A DNA stretch of 33,852 bases, taken from NCBI GenBank assembly GCA_040767085.1, contig JAXGPF010000020.1, forward strand, positions 1-33,852. Reading direction: 5' to 3'. This DNA is from Kiritimatiellia bacterium (GTDB taxonomy: Bacteria; Verrucomicrobiota; Kiritimatiellia; JAAZAB01). Below, piece by piece: positions 11,941 through 22,544 of the stretch. The position numbers were made by a program, and so were the translations under genes. The notes under the pieces were generated by a model. The model saw nothing but the letters and a program-made list of their open reading frames with translations. It did not search any database and was not told the DNA's origin. Position 1 is the first letter of the stretch. Every line of letters starts with the position of its first letter.

Positions 11941-12645
11941 ATGAAAATTGAACCATGGATTTGCCCTTCGCTGCTGGCGGGTGATTTCGGCGCGTTGCGC
12001 GATTCCGCCCGCGCGGCCCAGGCGGCCGGCGCCGATGCCCTGCACATGGACATCATGGACGCCAATTATGTCCCCAACCTCAGCATGAATTCGGACGTGG
12101 TGCAAATGGCCCGCCATGCCGTGAAACTCCCCCTGCATGTCCACCTGATGATGATCCGGCCGGAGGACTACCTGCGGCGGTTTATCGAGGCTGGCGCGCA
12201 TACGCTTTCGATTCACGTGGAAGCGCGCGGCGACATTCCCGGCGCCCTGCGCGCCATCCGCGCCCTGGGCGCCCACCCGGGCCTGGCCATCAATCCGGAA
12301 ACCCCCGCGGAGGCGTTATTTGAATTCCTGCCGCTGGTGGATGAAGTCTTGTGCATGACCGTGCATCCCGGGTTTGGCGGACAGAAATTCATGCCGGAAG
12401 CCCTCCCGAAAATCGCCGCCTTGCACCGGCGCCGCCGGCGCGACGGGGCGGGAGATTGCGCCTTCCGCCTGGCGGTGGACGGCGGCGTGGACGCCGCGAC
12501 CGTGCGCGCCGTGGCCGAAGCCGGGGCGGAAGTCATCATCGCCGGCAGCGCCCTCTACCGCGCGCCGGACATGACGGCTGAGATTGCCGCTCTGCGCCGC
12601 ATTGTTTGCGCCGCGCACGGCTGTCCCCGGCCGGGCGGCGGTTGA
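11941..12645 (+). CDS. rpe: Ribulose-phosphate 3-epimerase
   Basis: PSLLAGDF, LHMDIMD, HVHLM, HVE, MTVHPGFGGQKF, VDGG, AGSA. Confidence 0.95.
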   Translation: MKIEPWICPSLLAGDFGALRDSARAAQAAGADALHMDIMDANYVPNLSMNSDVVQMARHAVKLPLHVHLMMIRPEDYLRRFIEAGAHTLSIHVEARGDIPGALRAIRALGAHPGLAINPETPAEALFEFLPLVDEVLCMTVHPGFGGQKFMPEALPKIAALHRRRRRDGAGDCAFRLAVDGGVDAATVRAVAEAGAEVIIAGSALYRAPDMTAEIAALRRIVCAAHGCPRPGGG

Positions 12646-12647
12646 AA

Positions 12648-14453
<1,806 letters not shown>

Positions 14454-14454
14454 A

Positions 14455-15549
14455 ATGCAAATCGCGGCCTGGATAACTTACCTGCAGTTGCGGCGCGGAC
14501 GCAAACAACTCCGCCAGTTGCTCAAGGATGCGCGCCATGTGCGCAACATGCGCGAGGATGTCGCCCCGCCCGACGCCCTGGACCGGCTCCATGCCGCCGA
14601 AACCGGCGCGCAGCAGGCCTTTTCCGGCAAGACGGATCCGCGCCAGATGGACGGCGCGGCCGAAAAACTCTCCGCCGCCATCCGCGCCCTGGCGCTGGCG
14701 CGCCCATACGCCGCCTGGCGTGAAAATATCGAGGTGATCGCCGTGGCCGTCGCCGTGGCCATGGCCTTCCGCGCCTATTTCATCCAGCCGTTCAAGATAC
14801 CCACTTCGTCAATGTTCCCCACGCTCCACGGCATCAAGTATGACCACCCGCCGGCGCGCCTGGGCTGGCTCGATCGCTGGCCGCTGAAAGTCGGCAAGTG
14901 GATGCTGTTCGGCGAATGGTATACCGAGCTGCGGGCGGCGCAGACGGGACCGACCCGCCTGGTCCAGGACCGCCAGGGCCGCCAGTTCATCCTGGTGAAC
15001 CAGGAACAACACGAATTCTTTCCGGGCATGAAACTGGAAATCACGCCGGGACAGTCGGTTTACCGCGGGCAGTTGTTGGCCAGCGGCATCCGCACTGCCG
15101 GCGACCACATTTTTGTAAATCGCCTGATCTGGCACTTCCGCCAGCCGCGCCGGGGCGAAATCATGGTCTTTAAAACCAACGGCATCCAGCATCCGCAGAT
15201 CAAGAAAAACGAGCATTACGTCAAACGCATGGTCGGCTTGCCTGACGAACGCCTGCAGATCGTTCCGCCTGATTTAATGATTGACGGCCGGCCGGTTGAC
15301 CGGCCGGCCATCTTCCGCCGGATTCAATCCGCCACCGGCGGCTATGCCGGTTATGTCAATGCCGGCGATTTCCTGCAGGAATGCCAGGGCGTGGTGCGCC
15401 TGGGGCCGGAGGATTATTTCGCCTGCGGGGATAACCAGCGCAACAGTCTGGACAGCCGCTACTGGGGACCGGTGACCCGGCGCAACCTGGTCGGCCCGAC
15501 TTTCTTCGTCTATTGGCCGCTGTCGCGCCGCTGGGGTTGGGCGCATTAG
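14455..15549 (+). CDS. lepB: Signal peptidase I with N-terminal extension
   Basis: QPFKIPTSSMFPTL (catalytic Ser), YVKR (catalytic Lys), GDNQRNSLDSRYWG; directly follows lepA. Confidence 0.93.
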   Translation: MQIAAWITYLQLRRGRKQLRQLLKDARHVRNMREDVAPPDALDRLHAAETGAQQAFSGKTDPRQMDGAAEKLSAAIRALALARPYAAWRENIEVIAVAVAVAMAFRAYFIQPFKIPTSSMFPTLHGIKYDHPPARLGWLDRWPLKVGKWMLFGEWYTELRAAQTGPTRLVQDRQGRQFILVNQEQHEFFPGMKLEITPGQSVYRGQLLASGIRTAGDHIFVNRLIWHFRQPRRGEIMVFKTNGIQHPQIKKNEHYVKRMVGLPDERLQIVPPDLMIDGRPVDRPAIFRRIQSATGGYAGYVNAGDFLQECQGVVRLGPEDYFACGDNQRNSLDSRYWGPVTRRNLVGPTFFVYWPLSRRWGWAH

Positions 15550-15566
15550 GGCGGTTAAAAAAATAC

Positions 15567-15595
15567 TTGTGGATTGACGCTGCGCCCGGCATAAT
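15567..15595 (+). promoter_or_regulatory. Possible promoter for zinc-ribbon gene / rnpB unit
   Basis: TTGTGG-17nt-CATAAT, 8 nt before ATG 15604; no SD. Confidence 0.4.
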
Positions 15596-15603
15596 ATCCG
15601 GTC

Positions 15604-16326
15604 ATGGAAAAACAGGAAACCTTGCGGATTATAGATCAGTTGCGCGCATTGCAGGAACTGGACGTCGCCATCATGCGCCTCCAGGCTGAATGCGACAGTG
15701 CGCCCGTGCGTAAAAAAGAAGCGGAAGCCGCCCTGGCCGGCAGCCGGCAGGCGCTCGAACAGGCGCGCGAAAATGTCAAGGCCCAGCAGTCGGCCATGCA
15801 CCAGTCGGAGTTGGAAGTGGAAGCCCTCCGCCAGCAGATTGCCAAACTGCGCACACAGCAATTCCAGATCAAAACCAACAGCGAATACCGCGCCTTAAAC
15901 CTCGAAATCGAGCACCTGGAGGATAAAATCCGGCGCTGCGAAGACGAGGAATTGCGGGTCATGGAGGAAATTGACGGCCTGCGCGGCCGGGTGGCCGAAA
16001 AGGAAGCGGAACTCAAGAAGGAACAGGAGCGCGTGGACGCTGAAATCCAGCGCCTCGAAACCCGCCGCCTGGCTTTGGAACAGGAACTGAGCCGCGCCGG
16101 CGCGGAACGGACCAAATTGGCCGGCGCCGTCCCGGAGCAATGGCTGGCGGTTTACGAGCGCGTCCTATCCAACAAAAAAGACAATGCCCTGGCCGGCTTG
16201 GACGGCAACGCCATCTGCGGCGGCTGCCACATGAAATTGCCCGCCCAGGTGCTGCATGATGTGCGCCGCGCGGAAACCATCAACCATTGCGTGTTCTGCG
16301 GGCGCCTGCTCTTCGACAATCATTGA
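15604..16326 (+). CDS. Coiled-coil plus C4 zinc ribbon protein (DUF164/CT398-like)
   Basis: LQELD start, long heptad region, IKTNSEYRAL, CGGCHMKLP and CVFCGRLL. Confidence 0.9.
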   Translation: MEKQETLRIIDQLRALQELDVAIMRLQAECDSAPVRKKEAEAALAGSRQALEQARENVKAQQSAMHQSELEVEALRQQIAKLRTQQFQIKTNSEYRALNLEIEHLEDKIRRCEDEELRVMEEIDGLRGRVAEKEAELKKEQERVDAEIQRLETRRLALEQELSRAGAERTKLAGAVPEQWLAVYERVLSNKKDNALAGLDGNAICGGCHMKLPAQVLHDVRRAETINHCVFCGRLLFDNH

Positions 16327-16335
16327 CCGATTTCT

Positions 16336-16700
16336 GGCTGAAGCAGACGGTCGCGCCGGACGGCTAGTCCGCCCGGTGAGGAAAGTCCGGACTCCCTGGG
16401 GCAGGGCGTCCCGGCGTCATGCCGGGAAACCTTCCGGTAAACGGAAGGGATGGAAAGCGCCACAGAAAATATACCGTCCGCTACGGCGGATAAGGGTGAA
16501 AAGGCGGTGTAAGAGACCACCGGGTCTGGCCGCAAGGCCGGCCGCAAGGCAAGCCCCGCCCGGAGCAAGATCAAATAGGAAACCGTTGGAGCGGCCCGCT
16601 CCCGGCCGCGGAGGCGCGGCCCGGTTTCGGGTTGATCGCATCAGATAAATGACCGTCATCCGCCTCCGGCGGAGACAGAATCCGGCTTATCGCTTCAGCC
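16336..16700 (+). ncRNA. rnpB: RNase P RNA, bacterial type A
   Basis: P1 GGCTGAAGC/GCTTCAGCC; GAGGAAAGTCCGG (16378-16390); GGAAAGCGCCACAGAAA; AGGGTGAAAAGGCGGTGTAAGAG; GGAGCAAG; AGATAAATGACCGTC; ACAGAATCCGGCTTA (16675-16689). Confidence 0.97.
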
Positions 16701-16709
16701 GCTTTTACC

Positions 16710-17621
16710 ATGGAAGAATCATACCTGATCCGCCAACGCATTAAGCTGCTGCAAACCGCCGCCGCCGCAGTTATGATTGCCGCCGCGCTGTTCCTGGCCT
16801 GGCGCGTCCGCGCGGCCTTCAACCTGCCGCGGCTGCCGGATGGCGGCGGTCATGTCACGGAAGTCTCGCCGGCAGCCGGTCCGGCAGCGGCGCCCTGGAA
16901 TGGGGCGGCCTTCCCGAAAAACCCCGCCGCCACACCGGTCTTCAATGGCGAGTTAGCCAGGCGCTACCGCCTGGCCGGCACATTCTTCGCCAGCGGCGAA
17001 CACCAGCAATCGCGCAAAGCCATTATTGACGATCTGCAGGCCAAAGGTCCGGAAAACCAGAAACTGGTAGGGGAGGGCGATACCCTGGACGATGGCGGCG
17101 TGTTGGTGGCGTCAATTCAAACCGAATTTGTGGTTCTGCGGGCGGGAATGCGCGAAGAGAAAATCTGGCTGAGTTTCGCCGGCGGCCCCAGCCATGCTGC
17201 GGCGGAGTCAGACCGCGCGGGACAAGCCGCCGCCGGCGGCGCAGCGGACATGCTCGCGCGGTTTGGCGCCCGCGTGGAAGACCGGCGCTGGTTGCTTAAA
17301 CGCGATGCGCTTCTGCAATATTACCAGGAATTGATGGCCGACACCGAACGCCTGGGCAAGGTTTTCGAATCGCTCAAGCCGGTTTATCAGCAAAGCCGGA
17401 TTGCCGGTTACGTCCTGGATGTCGCCGGCGAAAAGGACATGTTCCATGCCTTCGGATTGCGGCAGAATGACGTCATCCGCAAGGTCAATTCCATGCCCAT
17501 GAACAGCCAACGGCGCGCTGAATATTTTATCAGCGAATTCGTCAAAAACCGCGTCAACGGCTTCGTCCTTGATATCGAACGCGACGGCAAACCTCAGAAA
17601 TTCGTCTACTTGATCCGCTAG
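16710..17621 (+). CDS. Type II secretion GspC-like protein (TM, HR domain, PDZ)
   Basis: N-terminal TM, YRLAGT...KAII...LVGEGD...VVL HR-like region, C-terminal PDZ-like GLRQNDVIRKVN...IERDGK. Confidence 0.75.
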   Translation: MEESYLIRQRIKLLQTAAAAVMIAAALFLAWRVRAAFNLPRLPDGGGHVTEVSPAAGPAAAPWNGAAFPKNPAATPVFNGELARRYRLAGTFFASGEHQQSRKAIIDDLQAKGPENQKLVGEGDTLDDGGVLVASIQTEFVVLRAGMREEKIWLSFAGGPSHAAAESDRAGQAAAGGAADMLARFGARVEDRRWLLKRDALLQYYQELMADTERLGKVFESLKPVYQQSRIAGYVLDVAGEKDMFHAFGLRQNDVIRKVNSMPMNSQRRAEYFISEFVKNRVNGFVLDIERDGKPQKFVYLIR

Positions 17622-17687
17622 CTGCCAGATATCCGGCAAGTTGGCCGGTGATGCGGTTTTGAATGAATGCAGCCAGGAGCATACCAG

Positions 17688-17831
17688 ATGGCCAAACAGT
17701 CTGCGTGTCCGCCGAAAAAACACCGCTGCCGGGACTGCCAGTATTGCCAATGGTGTCCGGACATCCGCTGTAAAGCCTGCCGTCAATCCCGCAAACCAGG
17801 CAAAAACGGCTTGCGCTCCAAACCGGGCTAA
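17688..17831 (+). CDS. 47-aa cysteine-rich basic protein (below ORF-track cutoff)
   Basis: MAKQSACPPKKHRCRDCQYCQWCPDIRCKACRQSRKPGKNGLRSKPG; AGGAG SD 8 nt upstream; 7 regularly spaced Cys. Confidence 0.7.
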   Translation: MAKQSACPPKKHRCRDCQYCQWCPDIRCKACRQSRKPGKNGLRSKPG

Positions 17832-18072
17832 ACCCATCAACGCCACCACAAATAGTGGTTTCCAGCACCCATTATTAGACATAAGATATATTATGCGACG
17901 TAGGTTTAGCAATGTCGGTCCAAGGACGGAAGTCTCAGATGACGCGCTGAAGTCGCCCGTCCAACGCGATCCTCCGTGGCTTGGCGCTTGCAAATCATCA
18001 TCGTTGAGCCTATATTGCCGCCAATCAATCGGATATCGCCAATTCTTTGGTATGCTTTAACTTTCGTGTGCT

Positions 18073-19335
18073 ATGGATGATTTTTCCAATGACCTTATGC
18101 GCTGGATTGACCAGGATCAGAGCGCTTTGATTGATTTCCTTTGCCGGTTCATCCGTGCCAGGACTCCCAATCCGCCCGGACATACCGCCGACGCCTGCCA
18201 ACTTGTCGCCGAACTCCTGGATGTCCATCGGATTCCATATCAAATTATAGAGCCGGAACCTGGCAAACAAAACCTGTTGGCGTCGTTCACCGGCGCGCGG
18301 CCCGGCCGGAGTCTGATCCTCAACGGGCACATGGATGTTTTCCCGGTGGCGGATGAATCGGCCTGGACCTATCCGCCCTGGAGCGGCGCCATCGCCGAAG
18401 GCCGGATTTACGGCCGCGGCGCCTGCGACATGAAATGCGGGACGGCGGCTTCAATTTTCACCTTCATCTTCCTGCACCGCCTGCGGGAACGCCTTGCGGG
18501 CCGTTTGACACTGACGGCGGTGTGCGATGAGGAAAATTACGGCCCGGCCGGGGCCGTGTATCTAATGGAGCATCACCCGGAGATTTTGGGCGATTGTTGC
18601 CTGAACGGCGAACCCAGCAGCCAGCATACCTTGCGTTTCGGCGAGAAAGGCATCCTGCGCCTGAAAGTCACCGTGCGCACGCCCGGATCACATGGGGCTT
18701 ACACACATCTGAGCCCCAGCGCGACCATCCTGGCGGCGCAGATCATCCAGGACTTGCGTCAAATCACCAGGATGCCGGTCAATACGCCGCCGGCCATCGC
18801 GCGCTGGCTGGATGCCGGCCGGGCGGTGACCGACCAGGTGCTTGGCGCCGGCGGCGCGGACACGCTCCGGCAAGTCACCCTGAATGTCGGCCAGTTGCAT
18901 GGCGGCGAGGTGATCAATTTGGTGCCGTCCGAGTGCGCCATCGGCCTGGATATCCGCCTGCCGGTCGGCGTGGCCGAGGCGGCGGTGGTGGCCGCCGTCA
19001 AAACCATCCTGGCCAGATATCCGGCCGCCCAATTGGAGCCCATGGCTTCCGCTCCTACCCTTTGGAGCGATCCGGATGGCGAGATACCGCGCATCATCCG
19101 CCGCCGCGTGCGGCAGTTGAAGGGATTCGAGCCGGCGCCGATCATCAGCCTGGGCGGCTCGGACCTGCGCCTGTGGCGCGCGCGCAATATCCCCGCGTAT
19201 TACTACGGCCCGACCAACCACGGCATGGGCGTGGCGGATGAATACGTCGAAATCGAGGAATACCTGCACATCATCCGTACGCACGCCTTGGCGGCGCACG
19301 ATTATCTGACGGCCGGTCATTCAACGGCATCGTAA
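18073..19335 (+). CDS. M20 family metallohydrolase (ArgE/DapE-like)
   Basis: LILNGHMDV, GRGACDMK, CDEE, GEPS, GSHGAY, GGSD, YGP...DEY. Confidence 0.9.
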   Translation: MDDFSNDLMRWIDQDQSALIDFLCRFIRARTPNPPGHTADACQLVAELLDVHRIPYQIIEPEPGKQNLLASFTGARPGRSLILNGHMDVFPVADESAWTYPPWSGAIAEGRIYGRGACDMKCGTAASIFTFIFLHRLRERLAGRLTLTAVCDEENYGPAGAVYLMEHHPEILGDCCLNGEPSSQHTLRFGEKGILRLKVTVRTPGSHGAYTHLSPSATILAAQIIQDLRQITRMPVNTPPAIARWLDAGRAVTDQVLGAGGADTLRQVTLNVGQLHGGEVINLVPSECAIGLDIRLPVGVAEAAVVAAVKTILARYPAAQLEPMASAPTLWSDPDGEIPRIIRRRVRQLKGFEPAPIISLGGSDLRLWRARNIPAYYYGPTNHGMGVADEYVEIEEYLHIIRTHALAAHDYLTAGHSTAS

Positions 19336-21665
19336 AAATTCAAGCCGACTTTCCAGTCGAGGCTGATCGGCCGTGCGCCGAATCCCTCGGCGGCCGACCA
19401 TTGGGTCAGCATTTCCTCGATGCGCCGGCGCAGCAGCAAACTCGTGCGATGCCGGACTGCGCCGCTTTCAACCACGAGGTAGAGCCGGAATTCCTGGACC
19501 GGCCGGCGCCGGAAAATATAAAAGCCGCCGGCGGCATCCCAACGGGATTTGGATGATGACATGATTGTCCGGAGTTCCGGCTGCATGGCCGCGAAAATGG
19601 CGTCCGCCGCCGCGTTCACATCATTGGCGGGAAACCGCGCGCCGGCGGCACGGCCGGCGGCGGTGAATAAGGCCACTTCGCAGCCGCCATCCGGGGTGTC
19701 AGCCAGCACCAGCACGCCATCCGGGCATTTCAGGTTTTTATTGGTGAAAACACCCAGGGCCTGCTCTTGCATCCCGCCCGCGCCGGCGTTGGCGGCAGCC
19801 TGTTTCTGGGATTCGCTTCCCGCGGCCTTGTCCTGGGTTGATTCGGAGCGCAGTTCCAACGCGCGGGCCGCTGCCGCCGCTCCCTCATCCGGCTGGCCGG
19901 CCGCCGCGGCAGATGCGCTGGCCGCGCTGGATTCAGCATCCCGGCTGACGCTGTCATAAAGCTGGCGGACTGTCTTCTCAAGCTGTTGTTCGGTATTGGC
20001 CAGCAGGCCGGCATAGGGGCTGCCGGTTTTTTTTACCGTTTTCCGCCAGTCGGCCAAAAGTTGTTTCCGCCAGTCGGCGGTAATGGCGCTGACCGGCCGG
20101 TTGTTTTTCACATCCTTACGCAGGCGCTCCATCCGGGTTTTTTCCAGCGCGGCCAGCAGGTTGAGCTGTTCGGTCGCGGTCCAGTAGCCATCGGCAATCC
20201 GCGCCGCGGCGGCCGCCAAAACCTTTTGCGCGGTTTCGTCGAGCAGATTGAGGCCGGCCGGATCGGGCAATCCTGCATACACGCCCTGGCGCATCCTTGC
20301 CAGCGCGGCCTCGAGGGCGGCCGGCGGTGCGCCGCGCTGCTCCAGGATCGCCGCCAGGCAGGCATCGTTCAGCGGGATTGGTTCATCCAGCGCCGCGAAG
20401 TGTTCGGCATATTGCCGCTCGGCAAGCTCGCGCCGGAGATCAGGCAGGATCACTTGCAGTTGGTCATGAACAAGGTTGGAGAGTTCCTTACGTGCTTCAT
20501 CCCGGCCGCAAAGCTCCAGAAAATACGGGGCATCCGCCGGCGCCGGCGCGGCATAGGCTTCGGCAATTCTGGGCGGCAATACGCGCAGATACTCCGTCTG
20601 CAACAAGGCCAGGCTGTTGCTTAGAGACGCATGGGCAGCCAAATCCAGTTGGATCGCGGCGGCTGAGTCAGAGGATGTGATCATGGCAGCCGTGCGCTCG
20701 CGTAAAAATGCCTGGAACCGGCTGGCTTCGAGGTCGGCGGCCGCCGCATCGCGATGGCGGACGACAATATTAAACACCCCGTACCGCGGCGCGCCGTCAG
20801 CCGGCTCCAGTTTGGCGGCGGCGCGGTCCAGGGCCGCGGCCAAATTCCGCGCCATGGCGTCGGCGCGCCGGACATCCGCGGGGAGCGCGGTGGCGGCGGC
20901 ATCGAGGGTTTCAACCTGTGCTTCATATTGACGCTGGATTTCCATCCGCATCCGGCCGCCGGCGTCGCGGACGTGTTTGGCGACTTCCTCAAACATCGGG
21001 CTGGCGGCGGCGCCAGCCCGTGATTCCAGCCAGTCCTGCAACCTGGAATATTCGGCTTCGCCCAGGCGGTCAGCCGGCGGTCGGCCGTCCAGCAGCGCGG
21101 CTAACTTGCCGTCCAATTCCGGCATGGCCGGGTACTGTAGCTGCTGGTCAGCCTCCAGGACGGCCAGGGCGACGACGCGGCGGCGGGCTTCGGCAAACAC
21201 TGCCGGAAACGTTTTTTCCGCAAAGGCGTCCAATCGGGCTTCGATCAGGGCCGGCCATTCCGCGCCCAGCGCATTTTTAATATCCGCCACGGCCACCGGC
21301 GCCGGCGAATATGCGCGCATCTCATCCGCCGCCGACTGGAGGATGCTTTCGGCGGTTTCCCGGCGCCAGGCGCGGGCAAGTTCCCGGGATTTATCGCGGC
21401 TGGCGGCCAGGGCGGCATGGGCGGCCATATTCGTCTGCATGGCGCCAGCCAGATATTCCACCAGGACAATCCGTTCGGCTTCCTGCGCGTCGGGAAGCTG
21501 GGCCGCGGCTTCCTGCGCGCGTTTGGCGGCCGCGCGGATGGCCAGCCGCCATTTGGCCCGGTTTTTGACAGCATCTTCCGCGGCAGCCTGCCCGGTGAGC
21601 GCCGTGCACAAAAGCAAGGCCGCCAATGTATGGCCAAGCCGGCTGATTTTACCAGATATAATCAT
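19317..21665 (-). CDS. Exported, largely alpha-helical protein of unknown function (782 aa)
   Basis: Signal peptide (LAALLLCTALTGQAAA), Ala/Leu/Glu/Arg-rich helical body, Ser/Ala linker, alpha/beta C-terminal domain; 3' end overlaps the convergent M20 gene by 19 nt. Confidence 0.8.
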   Translation of the reverse strand: MIISGKISRLGHTLAALLLCTALTGQAAAEDAVKNRAKWRLAIRAAAKRAQEAAAQLPDAQEAERIVLVEYLAGAMQTNMAAHAALAASRDKSRELARAWRRETAESILQSAADEMRAYSPAPVAVADIKNALGAEWPALIEARLDAFAEKTFPAVFAEARRRVVALAVLEADQQLQYPAMPELDGKLAALLDGRPPADRLGEAEYSRLQDWLESRAGAAASPMFEEVAKHVRDAGGRMRMEIQRQYEAQVETLDAAATALPADVRRADAMARNLAAALDRAAAKLEPADGAPRYGVFNIVVRHRDAAAADLEASRFQAFLRERTAAMITSSDSAAAIQLDLAAHASLSNSLALLQTEYLRVLPPRIAEAYAAPAPADAPYFLELCGRDEARKELSNLVHDQLQVILPDLRRELAERQYAEHFAALDEPIPLNDACLAAILEQRGAPPAALEAALARMRQGVYAGLPDPAGLNLLDETAQKVLAAAAARIADGYWTATEQLNLLAALEKTRMERLRKDVKNNRPVSAITADWRKQLLADWRKTVKKTGSPYAGLLANTEQQLEKTVRQLYDSVSRDAESSAASASAAAAGQPDEGAAAAARALELRSESTQDKAAGSESQKQAAANAGAGGMQEQALGVFTNKNLKCPDGVLVLADTPDGGCEVALFTAAGRAAGARFPANDVNAAADAIFAAMQPELRTIMSSSKSRWDAAGGFYIFRRRPVQEFRLYLVVESGAVRHRTSLLLRRRIEEMLTQWSAAEGFGARPISLDWKVGLNFYDAVE

Positions 21666-21734
21666 GCTCGTTCCATGAATCCGTGATGAGTTATCTTAAC
21701 AACATAAAATCCTGTCATGGATTCAGGGGTTCCC

Positions 21735-22544
21735 CTACCCGCCAGGTTGCCGGTCCGCGCCGGGCGCCGGATGATGATATTCCGCCACGATGCCGGGCAG
21801 CAAAGGATATCCAAGGCGGCGCATTTCCGCCGCCACTTTCGCCATCTGCGCATCCGGCCGGCTGTCCATCAGCGGATCGTTTGGCGGCATTTCCGCCGCC
21901 AGCCGGTCCAGCGCCGACCACTGGAGCATCTCGACCTGCGCCTTCCATTTTCGGCAGCGTTCGTGGATGTATTGCATGGCGAAATCCCGGCGGGCATCGT
22001 CAATCCGGAACTCCGCCGAGATACCGGCGGCGGCCGGCTTGTCATCGCCGAGCGCCGGATCATACATGGGGAAAAACGCGGCAACGTCAGAGTCCGCTGC
22101 GCCGGGCGCAGCTTCGGGGTGATAGCTCAATGCGTCGCGGTAAAGTCCAAGGCTCATTGCCTCAATATCCGCTAATTCCTGGGATTTGGCGCAAAGTTTT
22201 TGAAACGCCGGATCATCCGGCCGGCCATTCCGCCAGAAAACGCGCTGAAAGTCGGGGAAGGCCGGGATGCCGGCGGCGTTTTCCCAGGCATCCGCGGCGC
22301 GGTCAATGCGCAGGATCAATTGCTGTTTCCACAACTCCAGGATCACCGGACCTTTCTCCAGCGCCGCCAGCCCCTGGCCGATGGTCATCAACCGTGTGGC
22401 AATCGCCAGGATCAGGACCAGCGGCAGCGAGATTTGCACCAGGACATCGTTCGGACTCAGGGAAAAGAGCTTGCGGGGCGACCGGCCGGAGAGCGCGTCC
22501 AGCGCTTCGAACTGCAAGCGGGCGTTGGCGGAGTGGTCAGGCAT
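21735..22544 (-). CDS. Single-pass membrane protein, putative MotB/ExbD/ZorB-like subunit
   Basis: Short N-terminus, Asp33 immediately preceding hydrophobic VLVQISLPLVLILAIA; ATG overlaps the upstream gene end by 8 nt. Confidence 0.6.
   Translation of the reverse strand: MPDHSANARLQFEALDALSGRSPRKLFSLSPNDVLVQISLPLVLILAIATRLMTIGQGLAALEKGPVILELWKQQLILRIDRAADAWENAAGIPAFPDFQRVFWRNGRPDDPAFQKLCAKSQELADIEAMSLGLYRDALSYHPEAAPGAADSDVAAFFPMYDPALGDDKPAAAGISAEFRIDDARRDFAMQYIHERCRKWKAQVEMLQWSALDRLAAEMPPNDPLMDSRPDAQMAKVAAEMRRLGYPLLPGIVAEYHHPAPGADRQPGG

Noticed and set aside
16256-16822. Several short ORFs across 16.3-16.8 kb
   Set aside because: They overlap the RNase P RNA gene.
17208-18060. ORFs 17208-17993 (-), 17554-17868 (-) and 17641-18060 (+)
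   Set aside because: They overlap gspC or the better-supported Cys-rich ORF and lack SD or recognisable motifs.
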